Below the pieces are notes generated by a model. That model had not been told where the DNA came from, ran no database searches, and saw only the letters and a list, made by a program, of their open reading frames with translations. Shown one piece after another: positions 8,920-17,160 of a stretch of 20,000 nt of DNA (positions are counted from its first letter, which is position 1; every line of letters begins with the position of its first letter). This DNA comes from an uncultured virus (IMG/VR IMGVR_UViG_2850943043_000004) (Duplodnaviria > Heunggongvirae > Uroviricota > Caudoviricetes), in IMG/VR virus record IMGVR_UViG_2850943043_000004, positions 108,698 through 128,697 of that record. One strand, 5' to 3'. The position numbers were made by a program, and so were the translations under genes.

Positions 8920-9282
8920 ATGTATTTCATTGAAAATCAGGAAGGGTTAATCGGAAAAGAAGTTGCTTATGTTTGGGCAAATCAATTTTGTGAGCAAACA
9001 ACGATTATAACTAAAGATGGAGGCGTGTTTATGGTTTGTCAACAATCTGACTGGGATGATGGCTATGAGACCAGAATATTATACCCGCATGAAGCTAAGA
9101 AGATATTACATCCCTTGAAAAAAGACTTGCATGTCAAAGGAGTGATTGATGAAACAGAGTGGGAAGAGTACGAGAATGAGCTAAAAAAGAAACAAGATGC
9201 TGAAAGAGAAAAGTATCTCAAAGAGAAAGAAGAACGCGATCGTAAGCTATATGAAGAGTTGAGGGCAAAGTTCGAACAATAA
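8920..9282 (+). CDS. Hypothetical phage protein, 120 aa, with coiled-coil tail
   Basis: RBS AAGGAG, ORF track. Confidence 0.8.
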   Translation: MYFIENQEGLIGKEVAYVWANQFCEQTTIITKDGGVFMVCQQSDWDDGYETRILYPHEAKKILHPLKKDLHVKGVIDETEWEEYENELKKKQDAEREKYLKEKEERDRKLYEELRAKFEQ

Positions 9283-9352
9283 TGAACAGTTTGCTTAACT
9301 GAAGAATGCAATACAAGAACTTACATACCAAAACAAAAGGGGCTATTAAATA

Positions 9353-9781
9353 ATGCAAATTAAAATCAAATACTTAGATGAAACACAAACAAGAATCAGC
9401 AAAATTGAGAAGGGAGACTGGATCGATCTTCGTGCAGCTGAAGATGTAGCGATCAAAAAAGATGAATTTAAACTTATCCCATTAGGTGTGGCCATGGAAT
9501 TGCCTGAAGGCTATGAAGCACATGTCGTTCCTCGTTCGAGTACGTATAAGAACTTTGGTGTGATTCAAACAAACTCAATGGGTGTTATCGATGAGTCTTA
9601 TAAGGGAGACAATGATTTTTGGTTCTTTCCTGCTTATGCATTGCGTGATACTGAAATTAAGAAAGATGATCGTATCTGTCAGTTTAGAATCATGAAGAAA
9701 ATGCCGGCGGTTGAATTGGTTGAAGTAGACTATCTAGGCAACGATGACCGAGGTGGGTACGGTTCAACTGGAACGAAGTAA
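9353..9781 (+). CDS. dut: Trimeric dUTPase (YosS-like)
   Basis: [31 protein letters not shown] motifs. Confidence 0.96.
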   Translation: MQIKIKYLDETQTRISKIEKGDWIDLRAAEDVAIKKDEFKLIPLGVAMELPEGYEAHVVPRSSTYKNFGVIQTNSMGVIDESYKGDNDFWFFPAYALRDTEIKKDDRICQFRIMKKMPAVELVEVDYLGNDDRGGYGSTGTK

Positions 9782-9810
9782 TTTACCATGTAGACAGTCT
9801 CTTTTTGGAC

Positions 9811-9836
9811 TGAAACTTTTATAAAGCATTAACGTA
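9811..9836 (+). promoter_or_regulatory. ECF sigma (sigmaW-type) promoter
   Basis: TGAAAC (9811-9816), 16-nt spacer starting TTTT, CGTA (9833-9836). Matches the B. subtilis sigmaW consensus and lies ~30 nt before the next start. Confidence 0.7.
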
Positions 9837-9868
9837 GTACTTTATAAAGGGAATAAGGAGGTTTCTTC

Positions 9869-10051
9869 ATGGGGTTGAATTTCTTTAATGCAGAGTTAAA
9901 GTGCTCAAACTGCGGTAAAGTACTTAATTCAGGTGATGAAATAGTGGTACATATTACCCTGCCAAGTCAAAAGAAAATGCCTGTTGGTATCTTAGACAAA
10001 GTATTAAGTAAACACTCTGATAAGGTTTATTGTAAGAAGTGTAGTGAGTAA
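9869..10051 (+). CDS. Small Zn-ribbon protein, 60 aa
   Basis: RBS AAGGAGG, CSNC...CKKC. Confidence 0.8.
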   Translation: MGLNFFNAELKCSNCGKVLNSGDEIVVHITLPSQKKMPVGILDKVLSKHSDKVYCKKCSE

Positions 10052-10059
10052 GTTTTCAA

Positions 10060-10095
10060 TGTTATGAGGATGCTCCTAGAGGTTTCCTCATAACA
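10060..10095. terminator. Hairpin after the Zn-ribbon gene
   Basis: TGTTATGAGGA (10060-10070) / TCCTCATAACA (10085-10095), a perfect 11-bp inverted repeat without a strong U-tract. Confidence 0.55.
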
Positions 10096-10115
10096 AATAT
10101 CAATTTAAATTAGAA

Positions 10116-10133
10116 AATAAAGATTACTTTTAT
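10116..10133. repeat. Gene-junction palindrome copy 6: AATAAA-gattac-TTTTAT
   Basis: Intergenic, ~11 nt before RBS AAGGAGG. Left arm slightly degenerate. Confidence 0.55.
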
Positions 10134-10157
10134 CTAAAATCAATAAGGAGGAAAGAG

Positions 10158-10370
10158 ATCATCAACAACAAAGAAAGAGCTTTACAAGCAAAATATGACG
10201 ACATGCTTTATAGGAATGGCCTTTGCTTTGGGTTTCTTCAATTGCAAGGACTTGAAGATGAATTTATTGACCATATGAGACAAGTTGCTGAGTACGAGAA
10301 AGACCTGAGATACAAAAAGGCAGCGACTAACTTCCTTAAGATACATGACCAAAATAAACTGGGTGGGTGA
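10158..10370 (+). CDS. Hypothetical protein, ~70 aa, non-canonical (ATC) start
   Basis: Strong RBS AAGGAGG followed by ATC ATC. Open frame INNKERALQAKYDDMLYRNGLCFGFLQLQG...KLGG*. Confidence 0.6.
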   Translation: MINNKERALQAKYDDMLYRNGLCFGFLQLQGLEDEFIDHMRQVAEYEKDLRYKKAATNFLKIHDQNKLGG

Positions 10371-10374
10371 TTAA

Positions 10375-10668
10375 TTGTTAAAGGATAAAAATAAAATATT
10401 AAAGAGTATTGAAAAGATCAACAAACTTGAAGAAGGGTTGTCACTATTTGAAGAAGGTGACGAAGAATATTTAAGTGTATTAGTGAAAATTCAGGGGCTA
10501 TATGATGAAATCTCAGATACTGCTTTAGAGTGTTTTAAAGAGATGACTGCAAAAATCAGGAAAACTGGTCAGAAACGGATTGTAAAAGGGATTGATCAGT
10601 TACCACATGCAATTAAAGAAAGTATTGCTGATCAAGTGAATGGTTTAAAAGGGGAGCTATTTGAATAA
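10375..10668 (+). CDS. Hypothetical helical phage protein, 97 aa (YosV-like)
   Basis: ORF track, TTG after GGTGA. Confidence 0.75.
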   Translation: MLKDKNKILKSIEKINKLEEGLSLFEEGDEEYLSVLVKIQGLYDEISDTALECFKEMTAKIRKTGQKRIVKGIDQLPHAIKESIADQVNGLKGELFE

Positions 10669-10738
10669 AAGCAAATATGAATGGTGTTGAATTTGAGGGT
10701 GAGTAATAGCTAATCAAACACAAATATAAAATTAGGAG

Positions 10739-11155
10739 ATGTTTATTATAACATATGTAACTTTATTTCTAGCAGCTTATCTAATTGCATTAAACATTAA
10801 TGAGGTCAGATTGATTGTTCGAGGAGAAGGTAATGCGTATAGAAAAGTAAAGAATGTGGTCGATAATTCATCATTAGAAAGTATGAAACGAAATAAGAAC
10901 TTGATTTACCTGTTTACTTTGCTCAAGGGGATATCTTTCATTGTCCCTTTGGCTTATATCGGATTAATTATGCATGATAACATCCTAATGCTTGCATGGA
11001 CAGCAGTTTCACTTATATATGTTGTCCTTAGTATGTTTAAAGTTTTAGATGTATTAGACGGTGAAAAAACTAAGCAAAATACATATATTTACTGGCTGTT
11101 TGTTTGTGGGAATTTTCTTTTTGTTGTATTTTATTTGGCAGGTGTATTCTTATAA
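10739..11155 (+). CDS. Hypothetical membrane protein (~4 TM), 138 aa
   Basis: Four hydrophobic segments. Exact start uncertain because the RBS abuts the ATG. Confidence 0.7.
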   Translation: MFIITYVTLFLAAYLIALNINEVRLIVRGEGNAYRKVKNVVDNSSLESMKRNKNLIYLFTLLKGISFIVPLAYIGLIMHDNILMLAWTAVSLIYVVLSMFKVLDVLDGEKTKQNTYIYWLFVCGNFLFVVFYLAGVFL

Positions 11156-11211
11156 AATATTTAATTAATGCTTTGTTTTTTCATATATAATTCAAAAAAG
11201 GACTGAGAAAT

Positions 11212-12051
11212 ATGACTCAATTCGATAAACAATACAATTCAATTATAAAGGATATTATCAATAATGGAATCTCAGACGAAGAGTTTGATGTAAGAACCAA
11301 GTGGGACTCAGATGGAACACCGGCACATACTCTAAGTGTAATGAGTAAGCAAATGAGATTCGACAACTCAGAGGTTCCGATTTTAACGACAAAAAAGGTT
11401 GCCTGGAAAACAGCCATTAAAGAGTTGCTCTGGATTTGGCAGCTGAAATCTAATGATGTTAATGATTTAAACAAGATGGGCGTACATATTTGGGATCAGT
11501 GGAAACAAGAAGACGGCACCATCGGACATGCATATGGATTTCAGCTGGGGAAGAAAAACAGAAGTCTAAATGGAGAAAAAGTGGATCAGGTAGACTATCT
11601 TCTTCATCAATTGAAGAACAACCCGTCTTCACGCAGACACATTACAATGCTGTGGAATCCTGATGATTTAGATGCAATGGCCTTAACACCATGTGTATAC
11701 GAGACACAATGGTACATTAAACAAGGTAAGCTCCACCTCGAGGTAAGAGCACGGAGCAATGATATGGCATTGGGAAATCCATTCAATGTATTCCAGTACA
11801 ATGTGTTGCAGCGCATGATTGCTCAAGTCACAGGTTATGAGCTTGGTGAATTTATCTTTAATATTGGGGATTGTCATGTGTACACACGTCATATAGACAA
11901 TTTGGAAGTCCAAGTGGAAAGAGAACAATTTGAAGCACCTGAACTATGGATCAATCCTGCAGTGAAAGATTTTTATCATTTTACAATCGATGATTTCAAG
12001 TTAATCAACTATAAGCATGGAGACAAGCTTTCATTTGAGGTAGCGGTTTAA
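11212..12051 (+). CDS. thyA: Thymidylate synthase (Bacillus ThyA / phi3T ThyP3 type)
   Basis: PILTTKKV, SRRH, LTPC, RSNDMALGNPFN, DCHVYTRH; 279 aa. Confidence 0.97.
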   Translation: MTQFDKQYNSIIKDIINNGISDEEFDVRTKWDSDGTPAHTLSVMSKQMRFDNSEVPILTTKKVAWKTAIKELLWIWQLKSNDVNDLNKMGVHIWDQWKQEDGTIGHAYGFQLGKKNRSLNGEKVDQVDYLLHQLKNNPSSRRHITMLWNPDDLDAMALTPCVYETQWYIKQGKLHLEVRARSNDMALGNPFNVFQYNVLQRMIAQVTGYELGEFIFNIGDCHVYTRHIDNLEVQVEREQFEAPELWINPAVKDFYHFTIDDFKLINYKHGDKLSFEVAV

Positions 12052-12572
12052 TGCTATCTCTTATTGCTTGCTGTGATAAAACTCTGGCCATTGGATATAA
12101 AAACAAATTACTGTATCATTTGCCTGCTGACATGAAACACTTCAAAGAAAAAACTGAGGGGAAAATATGTATTCAAGGAAGATCAACATACGAATCAATA
12201 ATCGGTATAACAGGTAAGCCTCTACAGAATAGAAGGAATATTATACTTACTAGGGATCAGAACTTTAAGCCAGATTATTCGTCGTTTGTTTATCATTCAA
12301 TTGAGGAGGTCTTAAAGCTCATTCAAGGACAAGTTAACACTGATGAGGAAGTAATGGTGATAGGAGGAAGTATGATTTACAAAGCATTCTTGCCCTACGC
12401 TGATAAAGTGTATTTGACAATTGTTGATTCAGAGTCAAATGAAGTAGATTCATATTTCCCAATGTTAGATGATCATTGGAAAGTGACTAATAAACAACAT
12501 AATAAAGCCGATGAAAAGAACAAATACAATTATTCCTTTATAACTTTTGAAAATAATTATAGACAAAGGTAA
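12051..12572 (+). CDS. dfrA: Dihydrofolate reductase
   Basis: IG..NKL.YHLPADMKHFK, GRSTYES, PLQNRRNIILT, VIGG, DSYFP. Coupled to thyA (TAATG). Confidence 0.95.
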   Translation: MLSLIACCDKTLAIGYKNKLLYHLPADMKHFKEKTEGKICIQGRSTYESIIGITGKPLQNRRNIILTRDQNFKPDYSSFVYHSIEEVLKLIQGQVNTDEEVMVIGGSMIYKAFLPYADKVYLTIVDSESNEVDSYFPMLDDHWKVTNKQHNKADEKNKYNYSFITFENNYRQR

Positions 12573-12654
12573 AAAATATGTATAATATGATAATAAGGAG
12601 GTTATGTGACAACAGTTTTTTATTTAAAAACAAAAACAAAAAATATGCATTTTG

Positions 12655-12672
12655 ATAAAGCTAATATTTTAT
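12655..12672. repeat. Gene-junction palindrome copy 7: ATAAAG-ctaata-TTTTAT
   Basis: Flanked by TTTG / TCAAA, 9 nt before RBS AAGGAGG. Confidence 0.65.
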
Positions 12673-12695
12673 TCAAACTTTAAGGAGGTGATTAA

Positions 12696-13048
12696 TTGGA
12701 AGTAGGAGACAAAATACATAACACCAACGAACAGATAACAGCCTTAGAGAAAAAGAAATACCAAATTGAAACAACTTTACTTGAAAAACAAAGGGATCTG
12801 TTAAAACTCGAAACTCAGCAAAATAAAGAGAAGCTTGAATTGTTATTCGAGCTAAGTGAAGTCTTAACCCAATTGGAAGGTGAAGAATGGGTAAGCTGCA
12901 CGATTGCTTTACGAATTATTAGAAGAAATAAAAGAAAGTACTTAGACCTTTTGAGCTGGTTAACGAAAAAGCATACATAAATAAGGATAAATTTAAAGTT
13001 CTTCATGATGAATTCTTTCAATTGAAGCTACAATTAAATGAGATATGA
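12696..13048 (+). CDS. Coiled-coil hypothetical protein, ~117 aa (YosX-like), one frameshift
   Basis: Adding one T at ~12950 continues the frame as [33 protein letters not shown]. Confidence 0.72.
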
Positions 13049-13091
13049 GGAGTTGTCAGTTGACGGTAGCGAAATTGGAGGTGACAAATAT

Positions 13092-13157
13092 ATGTGTACA
13101 TGTGAAGAGGGTAGTGGCAAATGTCCTTATTGTGACGGAGCACTATCTGTATTTTAA
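13092..13157 (+). CDS. Putative 21-aa Cys-rich micro-protein
   Basis: RBS GGAGGTGA, MCTCEEGSGKCPYCDGALSVF*. Confidence 0.4.
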   Translation: MCTCEEGSGKCPYCDGALSVF

Positions 13158-13175
13158 AGAGAAGGATAGTGAGCT

Positions 13176-13481
13176 ATGGAGAAAATCAATGGCAGGTATA
13201 GGATTAAAACACCTTGTCCAAAGGGAATTTCAGGATGTGCTGTTTGTCATTATTTATGGATAGACGAAGATGCGTACGACCAGATTTTCGATTGTTATTA
13301 TGATTATTATGGCAAAAAACCAGACCCAGCATCTATTGTTCAAATACATAAACACCTGCCGAAAGATATTCATTTGTTAGCAGAAGAGTGGGGATGGCAT
13401 GACACAGAGGTCAGAGAAAAAATTTATAAATGGTTGAGAGAAGAGATGATCTGGGTGTTCGGGTTTGGGAAAGGAGTATAA
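13176..13481 (+). CDS. Hypothetical protein, 101 aa
   Basis: RBS AAGGA. N-terminal CPKGISGCAVCH possible metal-binding motif. Confidence 0.7.
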   Translation: MEKINGRYRIKTPCPKGISGCAVCHYLWIDEDAYDQIFDCYYDYYGKKPDPASIVQIHKHLPKDIHLLAEEWGWHDTEVREKIYKWLREEMIWVFGFGKGV

Positions 13482-13503
13482 AAATAGAGGGGATTAACCC
13501 TCA
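13479..13503 (-). terminator. Intrinsic terminator of sspC, between convergent genes
   Basis: On the minus strand GAGGG-ttaatc-CCCTC followed by TATTTTT. Confidence 0.55.
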
Positions 13504-13507
13504 TACA

Positions 13508-13720
13508 TTAATGAAATTGGCCATTCATACTTTGTTGAGCTAAACGTACTAAACGTTTTGTGATCTCTCCACCTACTGATCCGTTTGCTCTACTTGTTGT
13601 CTCAGGCCCTAAGTTCACACCGAACTCAGAAGCAATTTCATACTTCATTTGTTCAAGGGCACCAGCAGCTTGAGGCACAAGTAATTCATTGCTGTTGTTT
13701 GATCTGTTTTGTTGAGCCAT
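13508..13720 (-). CDS. sspC: Alpha/beta-type small acid-soluble spore protein, 70 aa
   Basis: [50 protein letters not shown] before ATG 13720. Confidence 0.96.
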   Translation of the reverse strand: MAQQNRSNNSNELLVPQAAGALEQMKYEIASEFGVNLGPETTSRANGSVGGEITKRLVRLAQQSMNGQFH

Positions 13721-13878
13721 ATGATCATCTCCTAAAGTTGTATGTAAACAAGCTTGTTCAATTGTATTGTGTGGAGATGTTTTGTAAATATACACATTAA
13801 TTTAAAGTGAGGGGATTTAAATGTCAATTGGTCATGGAGCATGAATTAACACGTACTTAAACAAAGAAGGGGGATAAA

Positions 13879-14709
13879 ATGAAAATCGATTATGTTTCAG
13901 ATCTGCATATTAATCACTGGATACCTTGGGACAATGACCAAATTAAATGGGAAAGGCGAACAAGGGAGATTATTAGAAGGCTGATATCGAATGGAAATGG
14001 AGAGGTATTAATCATTGCCGGTGATTTTACTGAGTGGAATCAACAGACACTGTGGGTACTTGATGAAGTAGCAAAGCAGTATGAAAAGGTTTACTTCACA
14101 TATGGTAATCATGATCTTTATTTACTCAGTAAAAATCAGCAACGAAAATATTCCGATTCATTGGGAAGGGTGAATGATTTAATTCAGAAGGCTACAGACA
14201 TCAATAATGTCACTCCATTAATAAAGTCTACGGATACATACAAAGGGAAAGTCTTTGCAGGAGATGTTATGTGGTATCTTCCAAAAGGAAATGAAGGATG
14301 GGATTTCTTCAAAGGTGTCTCTAATGATTCAAACTATATCAGCCTTAATGGATACAGCAAAGAAGATGGGGTACGAGCAATGTGGAAAGAATCAATGGGC
14401 TGGTATGACACTCTTGAAAACTCTCACATTGATGTATTTGTCTCACATGTTCCACCTGTTCACAATCCTTATTCTCCGTTTGAGCCTAACAGCTGCTATA
14501 TGGTTGATGTCCCGTTCATTAACGCAAAACATTGGGTTTGTGGTCATGATCATTTACAAGCTGAGTTTGACAAAGATGGAACGAGCTTTCACATGAACTG
14601 CATTGGATATCCATATGACTATGATATGTATCCTAGAGTAAATGAGATACCAGGTAAGCAAGTTGATACGTATAAAACGTTTGAGCTGAAGACATTTGAA
14701 ATCAAATGA
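13879..14709 (+). CDS. yotB: Calcineurin-like metallophosphoesterase
   Basis: SDLH, AGD, GNHD, SHVPP, GHDH motifs. Position after sspC. Confidence 0.88.
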   Translation: MKIDYVSDLHINHWIPWDNDQIKWERRTREIIRRLISNGNGEVLIIAGDFTEWNQQTLWVLDEVAKQYEKVYFTYGNHDLYLLSKNQQRKYSDSLGRVNDLIQKATDINNVTPLIKSTDTYKGKVFAGDVMWYLPKGNEGWDFFKGVSNDSNYISLNGYSKEDGVRAMWKESMGWYDTLENSHIDVFVSHVPPVHNPYSPFEPNSCYMVDVPFINAKHWVCGHDHLQAEFDKDGTSFHMNCIGYPYDYDMYPRVNEIPGKQVDTYKTFELKTFEIK

Positions 14710-14723
14710 AATTCTAATTTTAT
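14706..14723. repeat. Gene-junction palindrome copy 8: ATGAAA-ttctaa-TTTTAT
   Basis: Left arm contains stop TGA (14707-14709). Confidence 0.68.
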
Positions 14724-14742
14724 ACAGAAGGGAAGGGGAGAC

Positions 14743-14934
14743 ATGGAAAATGAAGTTGTGTTTTTTTGTAGAAAATGCAATCATCACTTGTTTGCTAAAA
14801 ATCCTATGATAAACACATTAAAGGTTATATCTGAAATGGATTGCCCTAATTGTGGAGAAGAGGGTTATCATAATTGGATTCTTTCGCATATAGGTGATTC
14901 AGAGAAAGAAAAGGAGAACTACAATTGGAAGTAG
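14743..14934 (+). CDS. Small Zn-ribbon protein, 63 aa (YotC-like)
   Basis: CRKC...CPNC, RBS GGGGAG. Confidence 0.8.
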   Translation: MENEVVFFCRKCNHHLFAKNPMINTLKVISEMDCPNCGEEGYHNWILSHIGDSEKEKENYNWK

Positions 14935-14952
14935 ATAAAATGTTGATTTGAT
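14935..14952. repeat. Gene-junction palindrome copy 9: ATAAAA-tgttga-TTTGAT
   Basis: Directly follows TAG at 14932-14934, followed by TCAAA. Confidence 0.65.
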
Positions 14953-14972
14953 TCAAAAAAGGAGGGGATGAC

Positions 14973-15329
14973 ATGTTCCTTAAATGGGTTGAAAAAAGAG
15001 AGAAGGATAAGATGATGGATGACCTAAGTGCATTCATCGACAATCTAATCAATGAAAGGGATTCCCTTGTAGACAAGGTAAGAAAGCTCAGCAAAGATGA
15101 GGAAATCGCAAAATTGTTAAAAGAAAATGATAATCTTAGAAATAATAGCCTTCATACTTTATCAGAAAAAGAAAGAAATGAAGCAGATGCTTTTAGGGAT
15201 GAACATTTGGGGAAATGCAAAGGTAGCATAGCTTATCTTTTGACAGGAGTGAGTATGGGTACAGCTGTAGAGGTTATTTGCTCCAAATGTAAAACCAAAA
15301 AAGACATTACAGACATTAGTACGTGGTAA
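14973..15329 (+). CDS. Hypothetical protein, 118 aa (coiled coil plus H/C..CxxC)
   Basis: RBS AGGAGG, ORF track. Confidence 0.78.
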   Translation: MFLKWVEKREKDKMMDDLSAFIDNLINERDSLVDKVRKLSKDEEIAKLLKENDNLRNNSLHTLSEKERNEADAFRDEHLGKCKGSIAYLLTGVSMGTAVEVICSKCKTKKDITDISTW

Positions 15330-15364
15330 ACAAAGTAGCGAAGTGATTTAAAGGAGATGAACTC

Positions 15365-15706
15365 TTGACTGTATATGAAAAAATTATGAGCCACCCTGAA
15401 AGCAAAAAGGCAGTGTTAATCAAGTTTGGTTTTGGGCAATTGTCCCCGATTAAAGTGGAAAAATGGTTTAAGTCATACAATCCACCCAAATACTACGAAT
15501 TTAGAAAAGCAGCTAACCACAGAAAGGTTACTGACCTACATACTCAAGCAATGACAAAGGATCAAAGGACGCATTTATTAAACTTGGAAGAGGTCTTTAA
15601 TGATGAAAAGTCTAGAAATGCGTTATTAAAATTAGCAGAACAAAACACTAAGAGAAATAAGGATGGACTGACTATTATCGAAAAACATGATCCTTGGAGG
15701 GGCTAA
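15365..15706 (+). CDS. Hypothetical basic protein, 113 aa
   Basis: RBS AAGGAG, TTG start. Confidence 0.75.
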   Translation: MTVYEKIMSHPESKKAVLIKFGFGQLSPIKVEKWFKSYNPPKYYEFRKAANHRKVTDLHTQAMTKDQRTHLLNLEEVFNDEKSRNALLKLAEQNTKRNKDGLTIIEKHDPWRG

Positions 15707-16141
15707 ATGCAGGCGAACATTACTAAGGAACTGTCGTGGTGGGGAGTTACTTTGACTGGAAGTATGAAAACCGTAAAATCTTTAAGCGAGCTGATGGAAA
15801 TAAACAAAGAACTGTTCGAGAATCTCTACAAAGTCCAAACAGACACAATTGAAGAGCTTGTAAACAAATTATATGAACAGGTTCCTGAGTATGAGAAGAA
15901 ATTCTTGAAGTATATTAATGAACAGCTACCTAATCTGAGGAGGTGCTTACAAGTCGAACTGCCCTATAATACTCAACTAATATCGAGCATTGAATACGAA
16001 ATATACATATCAGGTGCCGAAATTGATTGTGAATACCCTTTTGATGCGAGAGGTTGTATTATTACTTTCTTTCAACGGTTACCAGAAATAATCGATTTGC
16101 ACAGGGAGGGATTGAATGAAAAACGCAATGTCCTGGTTTGA
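15707..16141 (+). CDS. Hypothetical protein, 144 aa (paralogue A)
   Basis: RBS GGAGG. Shares the RGCIIT motif with the next gene. Confidence 0.78.
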   Translation: MQANITKELSWWGVTLTGSMKTVKSLSELMEINKELFENLYKVQTDTIEELVNKLYEQVPEYEKKFLKYINEQLPNLRRCLQVELPYNTQLISSIEYEIYISGAEIDCEYPFDARGCIITFFQRLPEIIDLHREGLNEKRNVLV

Positions 16142-16541
16142 TTTAGATTTTGAGTTTAAACCAGACAATAACATTGATGAAGCTCTATTGCGATTATTTG
16201 ATCTCATGAAGAAGAGTCTCCACATTTATTTCAATATTGAAAATTCTTCTGATATTCATGAGTTTTTAAAAATCGCTGCAACAAAGAGCAATGTTGATTA
16301 TTCCTTCATTGAATGGATTAGGGGAAAGGGCATCCCAAGATTAAAGAAAATTGATTTCGAAAATTTACCAAGCAATGATCAATTTCTTGCAATGATTGAG
16401 ATCGATGAATACTGTCTTAAATGTGAGATGGATTTTAAAGAGCCAGAAGAGGTAAGGGGTTGCATCATCACGATCATTAATAGTATTCAGGAATATACTA
16501 ATATTTGCAAACAGTTAATTAAGGGAGGGCGAGTGATCTGA
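16116..16541 (+). CDS. Hypothetical protein, 141 aa (paralogue B)
   Basis: RBS GGAGG, overlaps the previous gene. Confidence 0.78.
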   Translation: MKNAMSWFDLDFEFKPDNNIDEALLRLFDLMKKSLHIYFNIENSSDIHEFLKIAATKSNVDYSFIEWIRGKGIPRLKKIDFENLPSNDQFLAMIEIDEYCLKCEMDFKEPEEVRGCIITIINSIQEYTNICKQLIKGGRVI

Positions 16542-16708
16542 TTGTTACGGCATGGGTTTTATTAGTTGTATTTGGGCTTGTGTTTTTAGCAAATGTGGAT
16601 TCCGAAGAGGATATTAAATTTGCAGTGTATATTGGTGTAATAAAATTTGTTTCAGTTTTCATTGTTGCAATTGCAGCAGGTGTAATATGGGGAGGGTTGT
16701 TTCAATGA
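16538..16708 (+). CDS. Small two-TM membrane protein, ~56 aa (YotH-like), non-canonical start
   Basis: After [28 protein letters not shown]...[20 protein letters not shown]. Confidence 0.6.
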   Translation: MIVTAWVLLVVFGLVFLANVDSEEDIKFAVYIGVIKFVSVFIVAIAAGVIWGGLFQ

Positions 16709-16947
16709 GTGATATTGAAAATAAGTATGTGAAACTAAAGCATGTTAAAGAACTATTGGGGTTAATAAAGACCAGAGACAGTTATTATGATTGGTCGGAT
16801 AACTATGAAAAATATGATAACAAAGTAAAAAATACAGTAGAGTGGTTGGAACGGAATGCTAAAACATTGGATAAGCCGATCAAATTTAATCAAAAAGAAG
16901 AATTTTATGAAGTGACAAATTATGAACCAGTGGAATTAAGTAAATGA
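16705..16947 (+). CDS. Hypothetical phage protein, 80 aa
   Basis: ATG 16705 after GGAGG with ATGA overlap, [14 protein letters not shown]... Confidence 0.75.
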   Translation: MSDIENKYVKLKHVKELLGLIKTRDSYYDWSDNYEKYDNKVKNTVEWLERNAKTLDKPIKFNQKEEFYEVTNYEPVELSK

Positions 16948-17108
16948 ATAAGCCGGTAATAACGTTAACATATGGTTTGGGTATTGTTGAAGCGTTTATT
17001 ATGGGTTTTACCTTAGCACAGAAGTATTTTGTTCCGGCCATCATAAGTGGGATATTGACTTTAATCATTGGTTATTTCCATGTATGTAAAGGCTCAAAAA
17101 CTAAATAA
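16944..17108 (+). CDS. Small membrane protein, 54 aa
   Basis: ATGA overlap, [54 protein letters not shown]. Confidence 0.6.
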   Translation: MNKPVITLTYGLGIVEAFIMGFTLAQKYFVPAIISGILTLIIGYFHVCKGSKTK

Positions 17109-17126
17109 AATCGGTCTTTTATTTAG
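17101..17126. repeat. Gene-junction palindrome copy 10: CTAAATAAAA-tcggtc-TTTTATTTAG
   Basis: Perfect 10-bp arms. Left arm contains stop TAA (17106-17108). Confidence 0.75.
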
Positions 17127-17160
17127 AGTGAAAATAAAATTAGTGGATAATTTAAGGGAT

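Noticed and set aside
12560..12692. SigmaA-like promoter (TAGACA-N15-TATAAT) and a 28-codon GTG ORF after AAGGAGG
   Set aside because: The spacer is too short for a canonical promoter and the ORF is low-complexity, possibly a remnant.
13725..13800. SigmaG promoter for sspC
   Set aside because: Expected from biology, but I could not place -35/-10 elements with convincing spacing.
344..17126. Junction palindromes as a CRISPR array or intrinsic terminators
   Set aside because: Spacing is irregular and gene-sized with no cas genes. The stems are AU-only and too weak for standard terminators.
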